From Dendrobates tinctorius (Eukaryota): 64,000 nt of DNA. Of the stretch, positions 40,594 through 53,103 are shown piece after piece. Position 1 is the stretch's first letter. The number at the start of each line of letters is the position of its first letter. Location of the stretch: NCBI RefSeq assembly GCF_039654945.1, contig NW_027361738.1, positions 9,796,001 through 9,860,000 on the forward strand. The letters are read 5' to 3'. The translations under genes were made by a program, and so were the position numbers. The notes under the pieces are model-generated. The model made no database searches. It was given only the letters and a program-made list of their open reading frames with translations, and was not told where the DNA came from.

Positions 40594-41413
40594 ATGTCAG
40601 CCAGAAAGGAATATCTGCTCTCTTCGCCAAATTACCCCACAACAATGTCATGCTCGGAGAACCCGACTGCGAACTCCTTCCTGGTGGACTCCTTAATCAG
40701 TGCTGGCAGAGGAACAGAAGCTGGGGGCTACTACCAAAGCACCGGGGTCTACCTGCCCCAGACTTCCGAGGTGTCTTATGGGCTGCAGAGCTGTGGACTT
40801 TTTCCCGTTTTGAGCAAACGAAATGAAGGTGTCCCTCCCCCCAGTAGTCACCCAGTCCCCACATCTCAAGGCTATGCTCCAGGGATGGATGTGTGGCTAG
40901 AAGCCTCCAGGTCCTGCAGAGTGGAGCAATCTGAGAGCCAAGCTGCTGCCACCTCTTGCTCCTTCACCCAGAACATTAAGGAGGAGAATTCCTATTGCCT
41001 CTATGACTCGGACAAATGTACTAAGGCTTCTTCTCCGACTGACTTGTCCACTTTTCAAAGGGTTAACTCTGAGAGTAGCCCCGCTCATAATAGCAGCTCT
41101 GTTCCAGTGCCAGGGTACTTCCGCCTCTCCCAGGCTTATGGCTCATCCAAGGGGTACAGCGCCGCGCACATTGCTGCTCCCCAATTCGCTCCACAGCCAC
41201 AGGTTCGGTTTGAGCGGCCTTTATCCTTGTCATCAATGTCCGCAGAGCATGGCAGGAAAGACAGCGAGGAGTCGCCCCCGGCCACCCTGCCCAGCGCCGC
41301 CGCCCAGCACCGAGCAGACCCCGAGGAGGCGCACACGTCTTCATCCGGGGCCGAGGACTCCTCTCCGGCTCCTTCTGACTGCAGCAAACACTCCCCAGAG
41401 AAAGACCCCGGAG
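40594..41413 (+). CDS. hoxa10: Homeobox protein Hox-A10, exon 1
   Basis: MSARKEYLL...MSCSENPTANSFLVDSLIS...NIKEENSYCLYDS...VPVPGYFRLSQAYG; donor G|GTGAGC; alternative in-frame start at 40645. Confidence 0.95.
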
Positions 41414-42067
41414 GTGAGCGCCCACTCACACTCACCCTGCAATCACACCACAAAGAGCAGGGGCACTGCACCCACATCACAGGGGAAGCTCCTCTTTATT
41501 ATCAGCCTTTGAACTATTTAATAATTGGGCGTGAGCCTGTCATAAACATCATGTCCATTCTCAACTTTACACCACATGCTGCACCTCTGGGCTTTGTCCT
41601 GGAGGAAGCAGGAAGCCCCTCTAAAATCACACCATTTACAGGGCCCATTACAGGCGCCAGAACCTACAAAATATGACAGTGGATATCCCAGGTTACATGT
41701 GTGATAGCCAAATGTGTGGAGGTGACTGCTGCTCACAACAATGCCTATGGCCTGGGGTCTGTATTCTAGCAGGGAGACCACTACTACACTGTGCACCCAA
41801 CTATCAGGGTCGCAAATTATGGAATTATGGATAAGTGAGGGGCAAATTATTATTAAGAAGAGAGAGATGATGCATAGAAAGTTATATTTNNNNNNNNNNN
41901 NNNNNNNNNNNNNNNNNNNNNNNNNNNNNNNNNNNNNNNNNNNNNNNNNNNNNNNNNNNNNNNNNNNNNNNNNNNNNNNNNNNNNNNNNNNNNNNNNNNN
42001 NNNNNNNNNNNNNNNNNNNNNNNNNNNGTATAAATAGATAAGTGTTAGATAGAGAGAGATAGATATG

Positions 42068-42108
<41 letters not shown>

Positions 42109-42373
42109 TAAAACCTATTAAGACAAACTAGTATAAGTACCTGTAGTATCAAACAAAACGATTAATTATACTGGATTTGCAAATGCTGTTACCTATACTA
42201 ATTACATGGTATTAGCAACATGAAATGCAATATTGAAATCCCCTATAATAACATAGAAAAACTATACATGTAAATGTAATAAATAAATAGATAACAACAA
42301 AAAAAATAAGATAAGGAAATAACAATTATAAGCTTGAAAATATATATATTCATTTTATTTTTTGTTGGTTCAG

Positions 42374-42648
42374 GGAACTCGAAAGGTGACAATGGTGCCA
42401 ACTGGTTAACAGCTAAGAGCGGCCGAAAGAAGAGATGTCCTTACACCAAGCACCAGACCCTGGAGCTGGAGAAGGAGTTTCTGTTCAACATGTACCTGAC
42501 TCGAGAGCGTCGCCTAGAGATCAGCCGCAGCGTGCACCTCTCAGACAGGCAGGTCAAGATCTGGTTCCAGAACCGCAGGATGAAACTCAAGAAAATGAAC
42601 CGGGAAAACCGAATTCGGGAGCTCACAGCCAACTTCAACTTCTCTTGA
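42374..42648 (+). CDS. hoxa10: Homeobox protein Hox-A10, exon 2 (homeodomain)
   Basis: Acceptor TTCAG|; [55 protein letters not shown]...[10 protein letters not shown]; spliced CDS 1095 nt / 364 aa. Confidence 0.97.
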
Positions 42649-44265
42649 TGAGCTCCTTCACAGAGAGCCAGTACTTTCCTTCTTCCACAGTCACCCATAT
42701 GGATTGCCAGAGCTGTACATTATGACCAGTATGTCCATCATCCACCCAGCCTTCTGGGTTAAAGCCATACTTGCACACGTCTTAAGAGCTTTTTTTATTA
42801 TAATAATTATTGTTATTTTTTTATTTTGTTTTTATTTTTTTGTTAGACTGAGATTTTATTATTTTTTTTTTGTTATGTCGGTTCCTCATTTCTAAGTTGT
42901 ATATTTACAGTCTTGTTCCTCCCTTTGTCTTGCATCCGGCATTGCATTTTATGTTGTTCAAGGAAAAAGGTGGATGAGGCACTAAAACACCGGTTTTCAC
43001 ATTTTATTGGGTAGAATGAAATGTTCCTTATTTCTCCAGGAAGAAGGAACTGTTTAATTCCTCAATAAGGTCATAAAGACACATGAGGGCACTTGCAGGA
43101 CTCCAATGATTCTTGAATGTAGTCTTGTCTGTGTAGAGAGAGGTTACTGTTAGTAACACCAGAAAAGCACATGGTCCATTATTAGTAGGTTCTCCTTCCT
43201 TGTGTACTGTCAGATACACAATAGAAGTCTTGAAAAGGGGGAGCTTCTCATTCCTCGGATATACTGTGAATTTACATGCTTTAAGTAAGTAGAGAAGATG
43301 AACTTTATAAATTCAAATATGTGTATATGTTTATTATTATTAAAGGCCAATGTTTCTTCTTGATCCATGGACACATGACCATTATTAACCAGAACATATT
43401 GCTGCTGTGTGCGATCAGGCCATGTTGTTATATGTTTTCAATGAAGAATCAAAATAAAAGAAAATGAATCCTTGGTAATTTTCTTCTTCTAATTCTGTGG
43501 CTGTTTACATTTTATTTTATCCTCTCCAGAACTTTTACAACAGCAGAAGTTGCCTAACACCACCCCCCCCCCCCCAACAATCCCCTACAATTACTATAGG
43601 AATCCATTTAAATATTACCTAGACAGTCGTAATTTGTCTGAGCCATATAGCAATGGTGCTGGAAGCTTTGTCGGCTTTTGTTCACTTTTATGACTTGATA
43701 GTATATCTGGATTGTTGCAGAGTAGAGCAGAGCTTTCAGTGCAGCCAGGAGCAGCTCAGACAGAGGAAGCAGCCAGCACAGGAGGACATGGGATTGGGGT
43801 TTATGTGACCTGAAAAGCAAGAAGTTATTTCTCTTCCATCCGGAATAACAGAGCATTGGACCAATGTGACATTGAGGAAAGACCCCAAGGTGAGGCCAAG
43901 CGCAATCTGTGCGCAATGCGTATTGTTTGGCGCATGGAGACTTGTGTGCCCCCTATGCACTATATAGCAAGTCATTGCACTGTAATACTTGATTAGCACA
44001 GACACTCATTCGCATACACATACATCTATTTTCCTAGTTTCATCCCATGTTCTATTATTTCCAATTGTGGTCTCAATAACAGGATTTTATTCATTTTATG
44101 ATTTTTTTTTGCATTGTTAATAATCTAATATTGCAGTGTGCAGGGCTGAGTGACTGCACGGTCTGACTCTTGCGCCAATTTTTCCAGGGTGACTGTGATT
44201 TCTTCTTTATAGCGGACCCTCTTCTAGAAGCTTGGAGGTCGCCAATCATAAGATTTTAGAACACA

Positions 44266-44348
44266 ACTGGAGTGTGATTTAGGTAGTTTCATGTTGTTGG
44301 GGCTCCACCTTTCTCTCGACAACAAGGAACTGCCTTAGTCACATCAGT
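44266..44348 (+). ncRNA. mir-196b: pre-miR-196 (HoxA / mir-196b locus); mature 5p at 44280-44301
   Basis: TAGGTAGTTTCATGTTGTTGGG, loop TCCACCTTTCTCT, complementary 3p arm CGACAACAAGGAACTGCCTT; expected position between hoxa10 and hoxa9. Confidence 0.95.
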
Positions 44349-45419
44349 GCAAATCGTCCCCCCATGTCATATGGACCCTAGGAATAAAATGCAGTATGGA
44401 ACATGGAACTCGGATGCGATTTGGAACATAAGACTGGAACATAAGACTGGAACATAAGAGCAACCATGTGATATGTGCAATCAGATTAATAATAATATGT
44501 GGCATGAATTATAGGATGGATCGGATTATTGTGTGATATATGCTGTTGGATTTCTGCATGGGATTCATCCCAAAGGAACACAGAGCTCCAACATTATATA
44601 GACATGTAACATTCATCTGCAGAGGGAACATATTACACACAGTGTATGACAGAGCATGGTCTGCCATTGTAGGAGTCTCTGATCATCATGCGCATCAGAA
44701 GGTTTGTGATGGATGATTTTAATGGTGGTGTAGGTGTATTATGTGTGCACAGTTATTACACATAGCACGGTGGTTGTGCTACTCGTTAGAACACTACACG
44801 AACACTAGCAATTTTATATGAGGTGGCATACATGTTATAAATAGAGATTTATTGCAAGTGGCCTCATAATACTTAGGATAAACATTATTAGGGTTTACAA
44901 AGGGGAGAAATGCTGGCGAGGCGGCTCCTATAATGGTTTCCTGCACACAAGGCCTAGGTTACGATCATTATTACAATCAGCCCATAGTCTCACATTCCTG
45001 AGAGCCGCCCCACTAACAGCAGCAGCAGCCTGGGAGAAAGAAGCACACCAGACTAGACTGGGGGCCATCAGCTGCCTTACTGCAGGGCTATTCCCAAACA
45101 TCCCCCACACACAGCCCCAGCTTTATGGTCTACCACAGGTTGCAGCTAACAGGAAATTGGCAAAAAGGAAACGTGACTGATCTTCCATTCAAATTGAGCT
45201 CAAAATATACACAATTTGCTATATGTTATATGTCTGTTAATAATTTACTATATATATATAATTTGCAATAGAGATATTTGTCGTTAGAGGAAATGAAAAC
45301 GAGCTGAAAGCCTAATACTTATTAGATGTCAGAATAGTAAGAAAAGCTGAATAGTACATTTCTGTGCATGTGTGTGCATCATAAATATATATATATAAAC
45401 ACACACACACATCTAGATA

Positions 45420-45455
<36 letters not shown>

Positions 45456-45469
45456 CACTGCATACATAC

Positions 45470-45672
45470 AAAAAATGAGGCAGCACACCTAAAGTAGTGA
45501 AAATGTAAGGATTCTTTATTCACCAACACACCACGAAGGTCTCAGCTCTCTGTATGGAGCCTTTCTCAATCAGATGTGCTGCCTCCTTTTTTGGATTTTT
45601 ATATCCGGATACCAAGCGTTACCAGCTTCGTGGGGGAGCACCCATTTAGGCATTGCTGCTGGGTTTTTTTCT
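45470..45672. mobile_element. Palindromic PLE-like remnant with decayed hammerhead-like core
   Basis: AAAAAATGAGGCAGCACA...TGTGCTGCCTCCTTTTTT inverted arms; minus strand TTGAGAAA-GGCTC-loop-GAGCT-GAGAC; flanked by TA/CA tracts. Confidence 0.55.
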
Positions 45673-45767
45673 GGAGTATACAAGTATATATACATATAAA
45701 TACATATGTCCATTCGTGTGTGTTTATATAAATATATATATATATATATCTCAGAAATTCATAGTTT

Positions 45768-45799
<32 letters not shown>

Positions 45800-45892
45800 T
45801 CTGCCCAATAAACCTAATTTCTATTCTCAGTCAAAAAATGTCTACGTTCCATTATTACGGTCATATAGTGCAGTACGGATATCTATCTATCT

Positions 45893-45923
<31 letters not shown>

Positions 45924-46588
45924 CACAATTGATAATGTACATGGTTTAGAAATGTACCTTTCATGTGAAATACAGATAATTTATATACAATAAAAAAGTG
46001 AAGTTATGAAAAAATATTAGTTATAATTATTTAATATTTGTGTTACTTTTTGAGTACGTTACTGAATCCACCTGTCTATGTCATAGTTTCAATGATCTCA
46101 CTAAACAGATCTTTTAACCCCTAGATGCCCACTGATATTTTTCTTTTTCTTTTATAATTACACTAATCATAGTTTTTGAAGTAAATATTTATTTCTGTAT
46201 ATATATATATATATATATAATTTGACTTTTACCTTCATAGAGGATCAAAATGCGTGAGAGAGTATTATCAACAGTCTCAGATGGATACTACCTTCGGGGC
46301 ATATTTTTGTTTCGGGAAGTATAATTACTGGTTGTGGACAGTGGAGAAGATTTGTGCTTTATGGAAGTATTATATTTATTTTCTGCAAAATGTATAATGT
46401 TTGGATGACAGGATAGTCACATAATAATAGTGCACACGAATGTAAAAAAAATCTATCTATCTAGTATTTTATTTTAAAATATGATATTGAATGTCTATGG
46501 ATATATAAATAAATAGATGATAGATAGATACTAGATAATAGATAGATAGATAGATAGATGACAGATAAATAGATGCTAGATATATAAT

Positions 46589-46668
46589 TATTATTTATTT
46601 ATGTATTTACTTATAAAGCACCATTAATTCTATGGTGCTGTACATGATAAGAGGGGTTATATACAAAG
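46589..46668 (-). mobile_element. 3' tail of an L2-type element (second copy)
   Basis: TATAAAGCACCATTAATTCTATGGTGCTGTACATGATAAGAGGGGTTATATACAAAG, similar to 24116-24170. Confidence 0.5.
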
Positions 46669-47111
46669 TAAATCGATAGCTAGAGATAGAGATAGATAAG
46701 ATATAATGGTGGACTCATAACAATGGACTTGATCTGATTCTTGTGCTGCTCATCTGCAGCAATGTAACCATCCGCCATTACCACTCTCTCATTATTTCTC
46801 CTCTCTTTATTTCCCCCCTGCACTCTCACTGTACCTGATGCTGGTCACATTATGAATCTATGAACCTTATCACATTTCTACAGCCTGTAATAAAGGTTGC
46901 ATGCATGTAAAACAATTGTTCTCACGAATCCACGCCCTACTTTTCCTTCCTCAGTCAGTTCTCTCCCTTCACTCGTGGTTTGTTTTATTAACGTTCCTTT
47001 ATGGCTCCGGATCAGCCTGTAAATCTTTCCCACCCGGTTCCTCACAAACACTAAAGTTGTGGTCGGGTCTAGCCGCAAATCTACTGGAGGAATAAACAAC
47101 GATATAATAAT

Positions 47112-47170
<59 letters not shown>

Positions 47171-47749
47171 CTGCGGATATTCCTTTGTCTTCACCTGTCT
47201 GCCTGGTAGTGAACCTCCCTCAATGATTACTATTACTCTCAGTAATATTTAGATGATGCTATCAGTGCAGACAGCGCTGGAAGTGTCCAGTAATTGGCCC
47301 TTCTCGGCATGGAGGGTGTGTGAGCACACGGGGGGTCACCTGCAGATGCTGCCTGCTGGGGGGCTACAGCTCTCTGGCTAGTAATGGCGGGGCTGGCCGC
47401 GTTCTGTCGGGGGCTGCAGGCTCAGGCCCTGCTTGGGTGTGGAGCAGCCCGGTGCAGACTCGGTTCTGCGGCCCGGTGGATCTCCAGCACTTTCCTGCCC
47501 TTTTCCTAATCTCCACAGTAAACTGTGACAGCCGGAGAGGCGCATGAATCCCACTAGTGCGCATAGAGAGAGAGTGGCCGGGCCGCTCACTGTAGGTCTG
47601 TGGGTCCAGGAGAGAGCGCCTCCATCCTACTGGGTGATTAATAATGATGTAAAGTAGTCCCTGCTCAATGGTAGGAAGAAGGAGGCCATTTGGCCCTGTT
47701 AGTCTGACTTGGCCACAATTAGAGGGGACAGTATTGTATAACTCCAGTC

Positions 47750-47993
47750 TCCTTTTGCATAAAACCATACGGCTTTGCTATAAAGATGATGCCTGGCAAA
47801 CAGTGAGCCATTAATAGCCTGCGGACTGATTTATTCCTTATTGTTCTGCTGCTCGGTCACGTGGGCCCGGCAGCCAATAGGAGGGCAGTCCCTGCCTGCA
47901 ACTTATTAGGTGACTGTACTTCTTTGTGGGACCAAGTTGTTACATGAAATCTGCAGTTTGATAATTTCGGCAGCTCCTGCGCTCCTCAGAGCG
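47750..47993 (+). promoter_or_regulatory. hoxa9 promoter / 5'UTR
   Basis: CATAAA/CTATAAA sites, TGATTTAT, GGTCACGTGG, GCCAAT, leader GTTGTTACATGAAATCTGCAGTTT. Confidence 0.75.
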
Positions 47994-48543
47994 ATGACGG
48001 CGTCCGGGACTCTGAGCAATTACTATGTGGACTCGTTCCTGCTCCATGAGGGCGAGGAGCTGCTGCAGTCCAGGTTTGCTCCTGGCTCCTTGGCTCAGCC
48101 CCCCAGGCAGGCAGCGGCGGCGGCGGCAGTGCTGGGGTCTGAGCCCCCCGAGTACACCCCATGCAGCTTCCAATCTAAGTCGCCCATGTTTAGCAGCCCC
48201 TGGAACCCCGTGCACCCCCCTCAGCCCGCCGGCAGTGTCTCCGGGGTGTACCACCCCTATGTGCACCACCAGGCTCCCCTGGCAGCCGCAGATGGCAGCA
48301 GGTACCTGCGCTCCTGGCTGGAGCCCATGGCCGGATCGCTGTCGTTCCCAGGCTTATCCTCCAGCAGGCACTACGCTATTAAGCCTGAGCCCCTGTCAGG
48401 CCGGAGGGGGGACTGCACCACGTACGATGCTCTGTCCCTGTCTGACTACGCCTGTGGCTCTCCTGCTGACAGAGAGAAGCAAAGTCACGACGCTGCCAAC
48501 ACTGGAGAGACCCTCACCAACGGGGAGAAACCCATTGACCCAA
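47994..48543 (+). CDS. hoxa9: Homeobox protein Hox-A9, exon 1
   Basis: MTASGTLSNYYVDSFL...YTPCSFQSK...RYLRSWLEP...RHYAIKPEPL...PIDP; donor A|GTAAGT. Confidence 0.96.
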
Positions 48544-49494
48544 GTAAGTCTCCTGCTGCCACCATGGATGAGAGCAAGGAAGGAGAAGGAGAGTGACGAT
48601 GCTGTGGTGGAGGAGAGGGACACTCATCAGGCCTCTCAGCTTAGATCAACACCAATGGGAAGAAAGTTGGTGCCCTGGCATGGAAGCTGAGCCATTGATG
48701 CTGGCAGAGCAATGGCGGCTCACAATGCCTGGACATGGAGCCATGCTCACCATGGAGGGGATACAGCAGAGCTTTCACAGCTCTGTGGGCGTGGGCTAGT
48801 GGATAATGGGAGAAATGCAATATTCCATGGCAAGTCGGTGGGCAGCAACTAAGGGGGGATTTAAAGTAATTTATTTTATAGATGAATGGATCCTGGTTTG
48901 TTATATCTAAGGAATATTTATACTATTTCATGTTTCATAGTAGTCTAGGAATATGGTTGGACATGGCAGTAGTATGGCTAGTAAATGGTCCTGGAATTAA
49001 TCTATGTAATGTATAGATCCATGGTAGATATATAATACCTTACAGAATATATGGTTTAACGCATTCAGAGAAATGGTGTGCTCGTGCACTATACATATAG
49101 TGTGTAGGGAATGTATAGTATAGTCTGTGTACTCATACCTGAGGCATATATCATATAGGTTATTTCTAACCATTGATTCATTAATGCAGAACTCATATGT
49201 TCCATTGACATGGCATGCATTCATATGGTATTTAATATACTGATGCATGTTCTAGCCTTTACAGGACACAGGTGTTGAATAGTATTTTGAAAATGGTTTG
49301 CAGCCTTCTTATTGAATTTCTGAGTATGTATCATGTTGGACATAAAAAAAATTAATTTACGTGCAGGGGCATAGAGCATGCATTATAGTAATCTGTGCAT
49401 TAATACATATGGAAATATTACACAGCATTGGCAACAGTCTCTGTGCTAATGTATAGGGCAAATGTGGCTCAGAGTATTGATAGTAGTCTGTGCA

Positions 49495-51070
49495 TAAATG
49501 CATTTTCCTGGTCATTGATAGTTGTCTATGCATTTTCCCCTGGTTATTGATAGTTGTCTATGCATTTTCCTGGTCATTGATAGTTGTCTATGCATTTTCC
49601 TGGTCATTGATAGTTGTCTACGCATTTTCTTGGGCAGTGATAGTTGTCTATGTATTTTCCTGGTCTTTGATAGTTGTCTATGTATTTTCCTGGTCATTGA
49701 TAATTGTCTATGCATTTACCTGGTCATTGATAGTTGTCTATGAATTTTCCTGGTCTTTGATAGTTGTCTATGTATTTTCCTGGTCAATGATAGTTGTCTA
49801 TGTATTTTCCAGGTCATTGATAGTTGTCTATGCATTTTCCCCTGGTTATTGATAGTTGTCTATGCATTTTCCTGGTCATTGATAGTTGTCTATGCATTTT
49901 CCTGGTCATTGATAGTTGTCTACGCATTTTCTTGGGCAGTGATAGTTGTCTATGTATTTTCCTGGTCTTTGATAGTTGTCTATGTATTTTCCTGGTCATT
50001 TATAATTGTCTATGCATTTACCTGGTCATTGATAGTTGTCTATGAATTTTCCTGGTCTTTGATAGTTGTCTATGTATTTTCCTGGTCAATGATAGTTGTC
50101 TATGTATTTTCCAGGTCATTGATAGTTGTCTATGCATTTTCCTGGTCATTGATAGTTGTCTATGCATTTTCTTGGGCAGTGATAGTGTATTTTCCTGGTC
50201 ATTGATAGTTGTCTATGCATTTTCCTGGTCATTGATAGTTGTCCATGCATTTTCTTGGGCAGTGATAGTGTATTTTCCTGGTCATTGATAGTTGTCTATG
50301 TATTTTCCTGGTCTTTGATAGTTGTCTATGTATTTTCCTGGTCATTTATAATTGTCTATGCATTTACCTGGTCATTGATAGTTGTCTATGAATTTTCCTG
50401 GTCTTTGATAGTTGTCTATGTATTTTCCTGGTCAATGATAGTTGTCTATGTATTTTCCAGGTCATTGATAGTTGTCTATGCATTTTCCTGGTCATTGATA
50501 GTTGTCTATGCATTTTCTTGGGCAGTGATAGTGTATTTTCCTGGTCATTGATAGTTGTCTATGCATTTTCCTGGTCATTGATAGTTGTCCATGCATTTTC
50601 TTGGGCAGTGATAGTGTATTTTCCTGGTCATTGATAGTTGTCTATGTATTTTCCTGGTCTTTGATAGTTGTCTATGTATTTTCCTGGTCATTTATAATTG
50701 TCTATGCATTTACCTGGTCATTGATAGTTGTCTATGAATTTTCCTGGTCTTTGATAGTTGTCTATGTATTTTCCTGGTCAATGATAGTTGTCTATGTATT
50801 TTCCAGGTCATTGATAGTTGTCTATGCATTTTCCTGGTCATTGATAGTTGTCTATGCATTTTCTTGGGCAGTGATAGTGTATTTTCCTGGTCATTGATAG
50901 TTGTCTATGCATTTTCCTGGTCATTGATAGTTGTCTATGCATTTTCTTGGGCAGTGATAGTGTATTTTCCTGGTCATTGATAGTTGTCTATGCATTTTCC
51001 TGGTCATTGATAGTTGTCCATGCATTTTCTTGGGCAGTGATAGCTGTCTATTTATTTTCTTGGGCAGTGA
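49495..51070. repeat. 30-bp minisatellite (GATAGTTGTCTATGCATTTTCCTGGTCATT)n, ~50 copies, in the hoxa9 intron
   Basis: Direct periodicity; higher-order blocks at offsets ~302 and 346 bp. Confidence 0.96.
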
Positions 51071-51353
51071 TACATGTCTGTGTATAAATGCATTTTATAG
51101 GGCATTGATAGAAATGTAGTTGTCCATGCATGGGGCAGATATTGTTTAGGACATTTATCAGTTTTGATGTATGGTTTTAATAGTTGTGTATCTATCAATT
51201 CTTTACAGAGGACATTTATATTTTAACATACATGTTGATGCATGTGGCATATATTGTTTAGGACATGGAGGCGACATTTTATTGATGCATAGAGGATGTA
51301 AAATAACATCCTTTAAAAAAGTATTTTTTAAAAAATATGTCCTTTCTTTCTAG

Positions 51354-51592
51354 ACAATCCAGCTGCTAACTGGCTTCATGCAAGATCCACCAGGAAAAAA
51401 AGATGTCCCTATACCAAGCATCAAACACTGGAACTTGAGAAGGAGTTTTTATTTAACATGTATCTTACCAGGGACAGGAGGTATGAGGTGGCCAGACTGC
51501 TCAACCTCACGGAGAGACAAGTGAAAATTTGGTTCCAAAACAGAAGAATGAAAATGAAAAAAATTAACAAGGATCGATCAAAGGACGATTGA
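51354..51592 (+). CDS. hoxa9: Homeobox protein Hox-A9, exon 2 (homeodomain)
   Basis: Acceptor CTTTCTTTCTAG|; [78 protein letters not shown]; spliced CDS 789 nt / 262 aa. Confidence 0.97.
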
Positions 51593-52714
51593 ATCCTGTA
51601 AAATGGAGCCACAAACAATATGATGCTACTGTATTGAGGCCTCATGTGGTTCTCCCTCCTGTATGTCATGCTAACAAATCAAGTACCACCACAGCCTTGG
51701 TTACCCAGAGCTATCCAAGAGGTACTTCATTTCTTAAATTATTTTATGAACAACACAAAGGGGCATTAGGGGTGGGCTGGGATCCAAGTAATCTACCTGC
51801 TCTGCTCTACAAGTAAACTACCTTACCATTGTGCACAACTATATACTGACTGTACAGGCTAGATCTACAGATGTAGGGTTTATCCTAATTGTTGTTATTT
51901 TATGATGTGTTCTCTGGGCAGCGGAGCCTCTGCTGCTATACTTGAATCATGTGTTTTATTTTAGTTGTGACCTGATTTATGTGTTTGGATGTCATACAAA
52001 ACTAGGACTACACGGAACTCAGGTTGTATTATTCTAATGCTAGGTCTGTAGCACCAGCCTGCAATGTTATCATACCCCCTACATCCAGTCCACTCACCTC
52101 CAATTGATTTTAGACAGAATCAACCTCAGTTATTGGCAATCACAGTATCCAACAATCTTCAATGAATTGCAGAGATGTATATATGGCTTATAGTGTGCAA
52201 GGAAATATGCAGGAGGTGGGAGAATGATGGGGGGGTCTGAAATATTTTGAACCCCTGGAGATTTTTTTTCCGCGATCTACATATATGTGGATTAATATAT
52301 ATATCTATATGGTGAGTGAAGGTTTTACTACCTATGGCTTGTGCTATGTTCGTGTTCACTGTATTGAAGTAAAATTTATTAAGAATAATAAATTATACAC
52401 AGGAAATTAAAAAAAAAGAAATACATTGGGTATATTTCTATCTCTAAACATTATAATTTATGCAGAACCTAACATATATTTGAAATAGTTACCTCATGAC
52501 CTGATGACCAAATTGTTGTGTTGAAATTTATATTTATCTTTTTTTTTTTCGTTGTTTTTTTTTAAATAAAAATATTTTTGTTAGTTGTGATTTGGCATTT
52601 TTATGTCCCTGGTAAAAAAAAAGAAGAAAAGAGATTAACATTGTCACTGTTTATATTTTTCACCATTTGAAATTTACACATAAATCTGTATCTATTATTA
52701 TGTCTGCTAATGGG

Positions 52715-52768
<54 letters not shown>

Positions 52769-53062
52769 CACAGAGACACGCATATTGGGTGGATAGGTTG
52801 TGTTATTAATGGTTTTCACGTGATTAAATGTAAGCCTTACTAGTCTTAAGTTGATGGACAAAATAAACATTTATTTTCGGCATTGAATTCTGACATACCA
52901 GCATACCTTCCACGTTCTCTATATTTTTCTCAGAAACTTAAGGTTATTCTTCTAATTTTTTATGTATTAATTACTTCTTATTTTTTATCTATTTAAAATA
53001 TAGATTGAGTTTTCACATGGGTTAACAAAATAAACCTCGACACATACACACACATGCACCAC

Positions 53063-53103
<41 letters not shown>

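Noticed and set aside
49490-50897. Hydrophobic repeat ORFs in the hoxa9 intron
   Set aside because: Translations of the 30-bp minisatellite.
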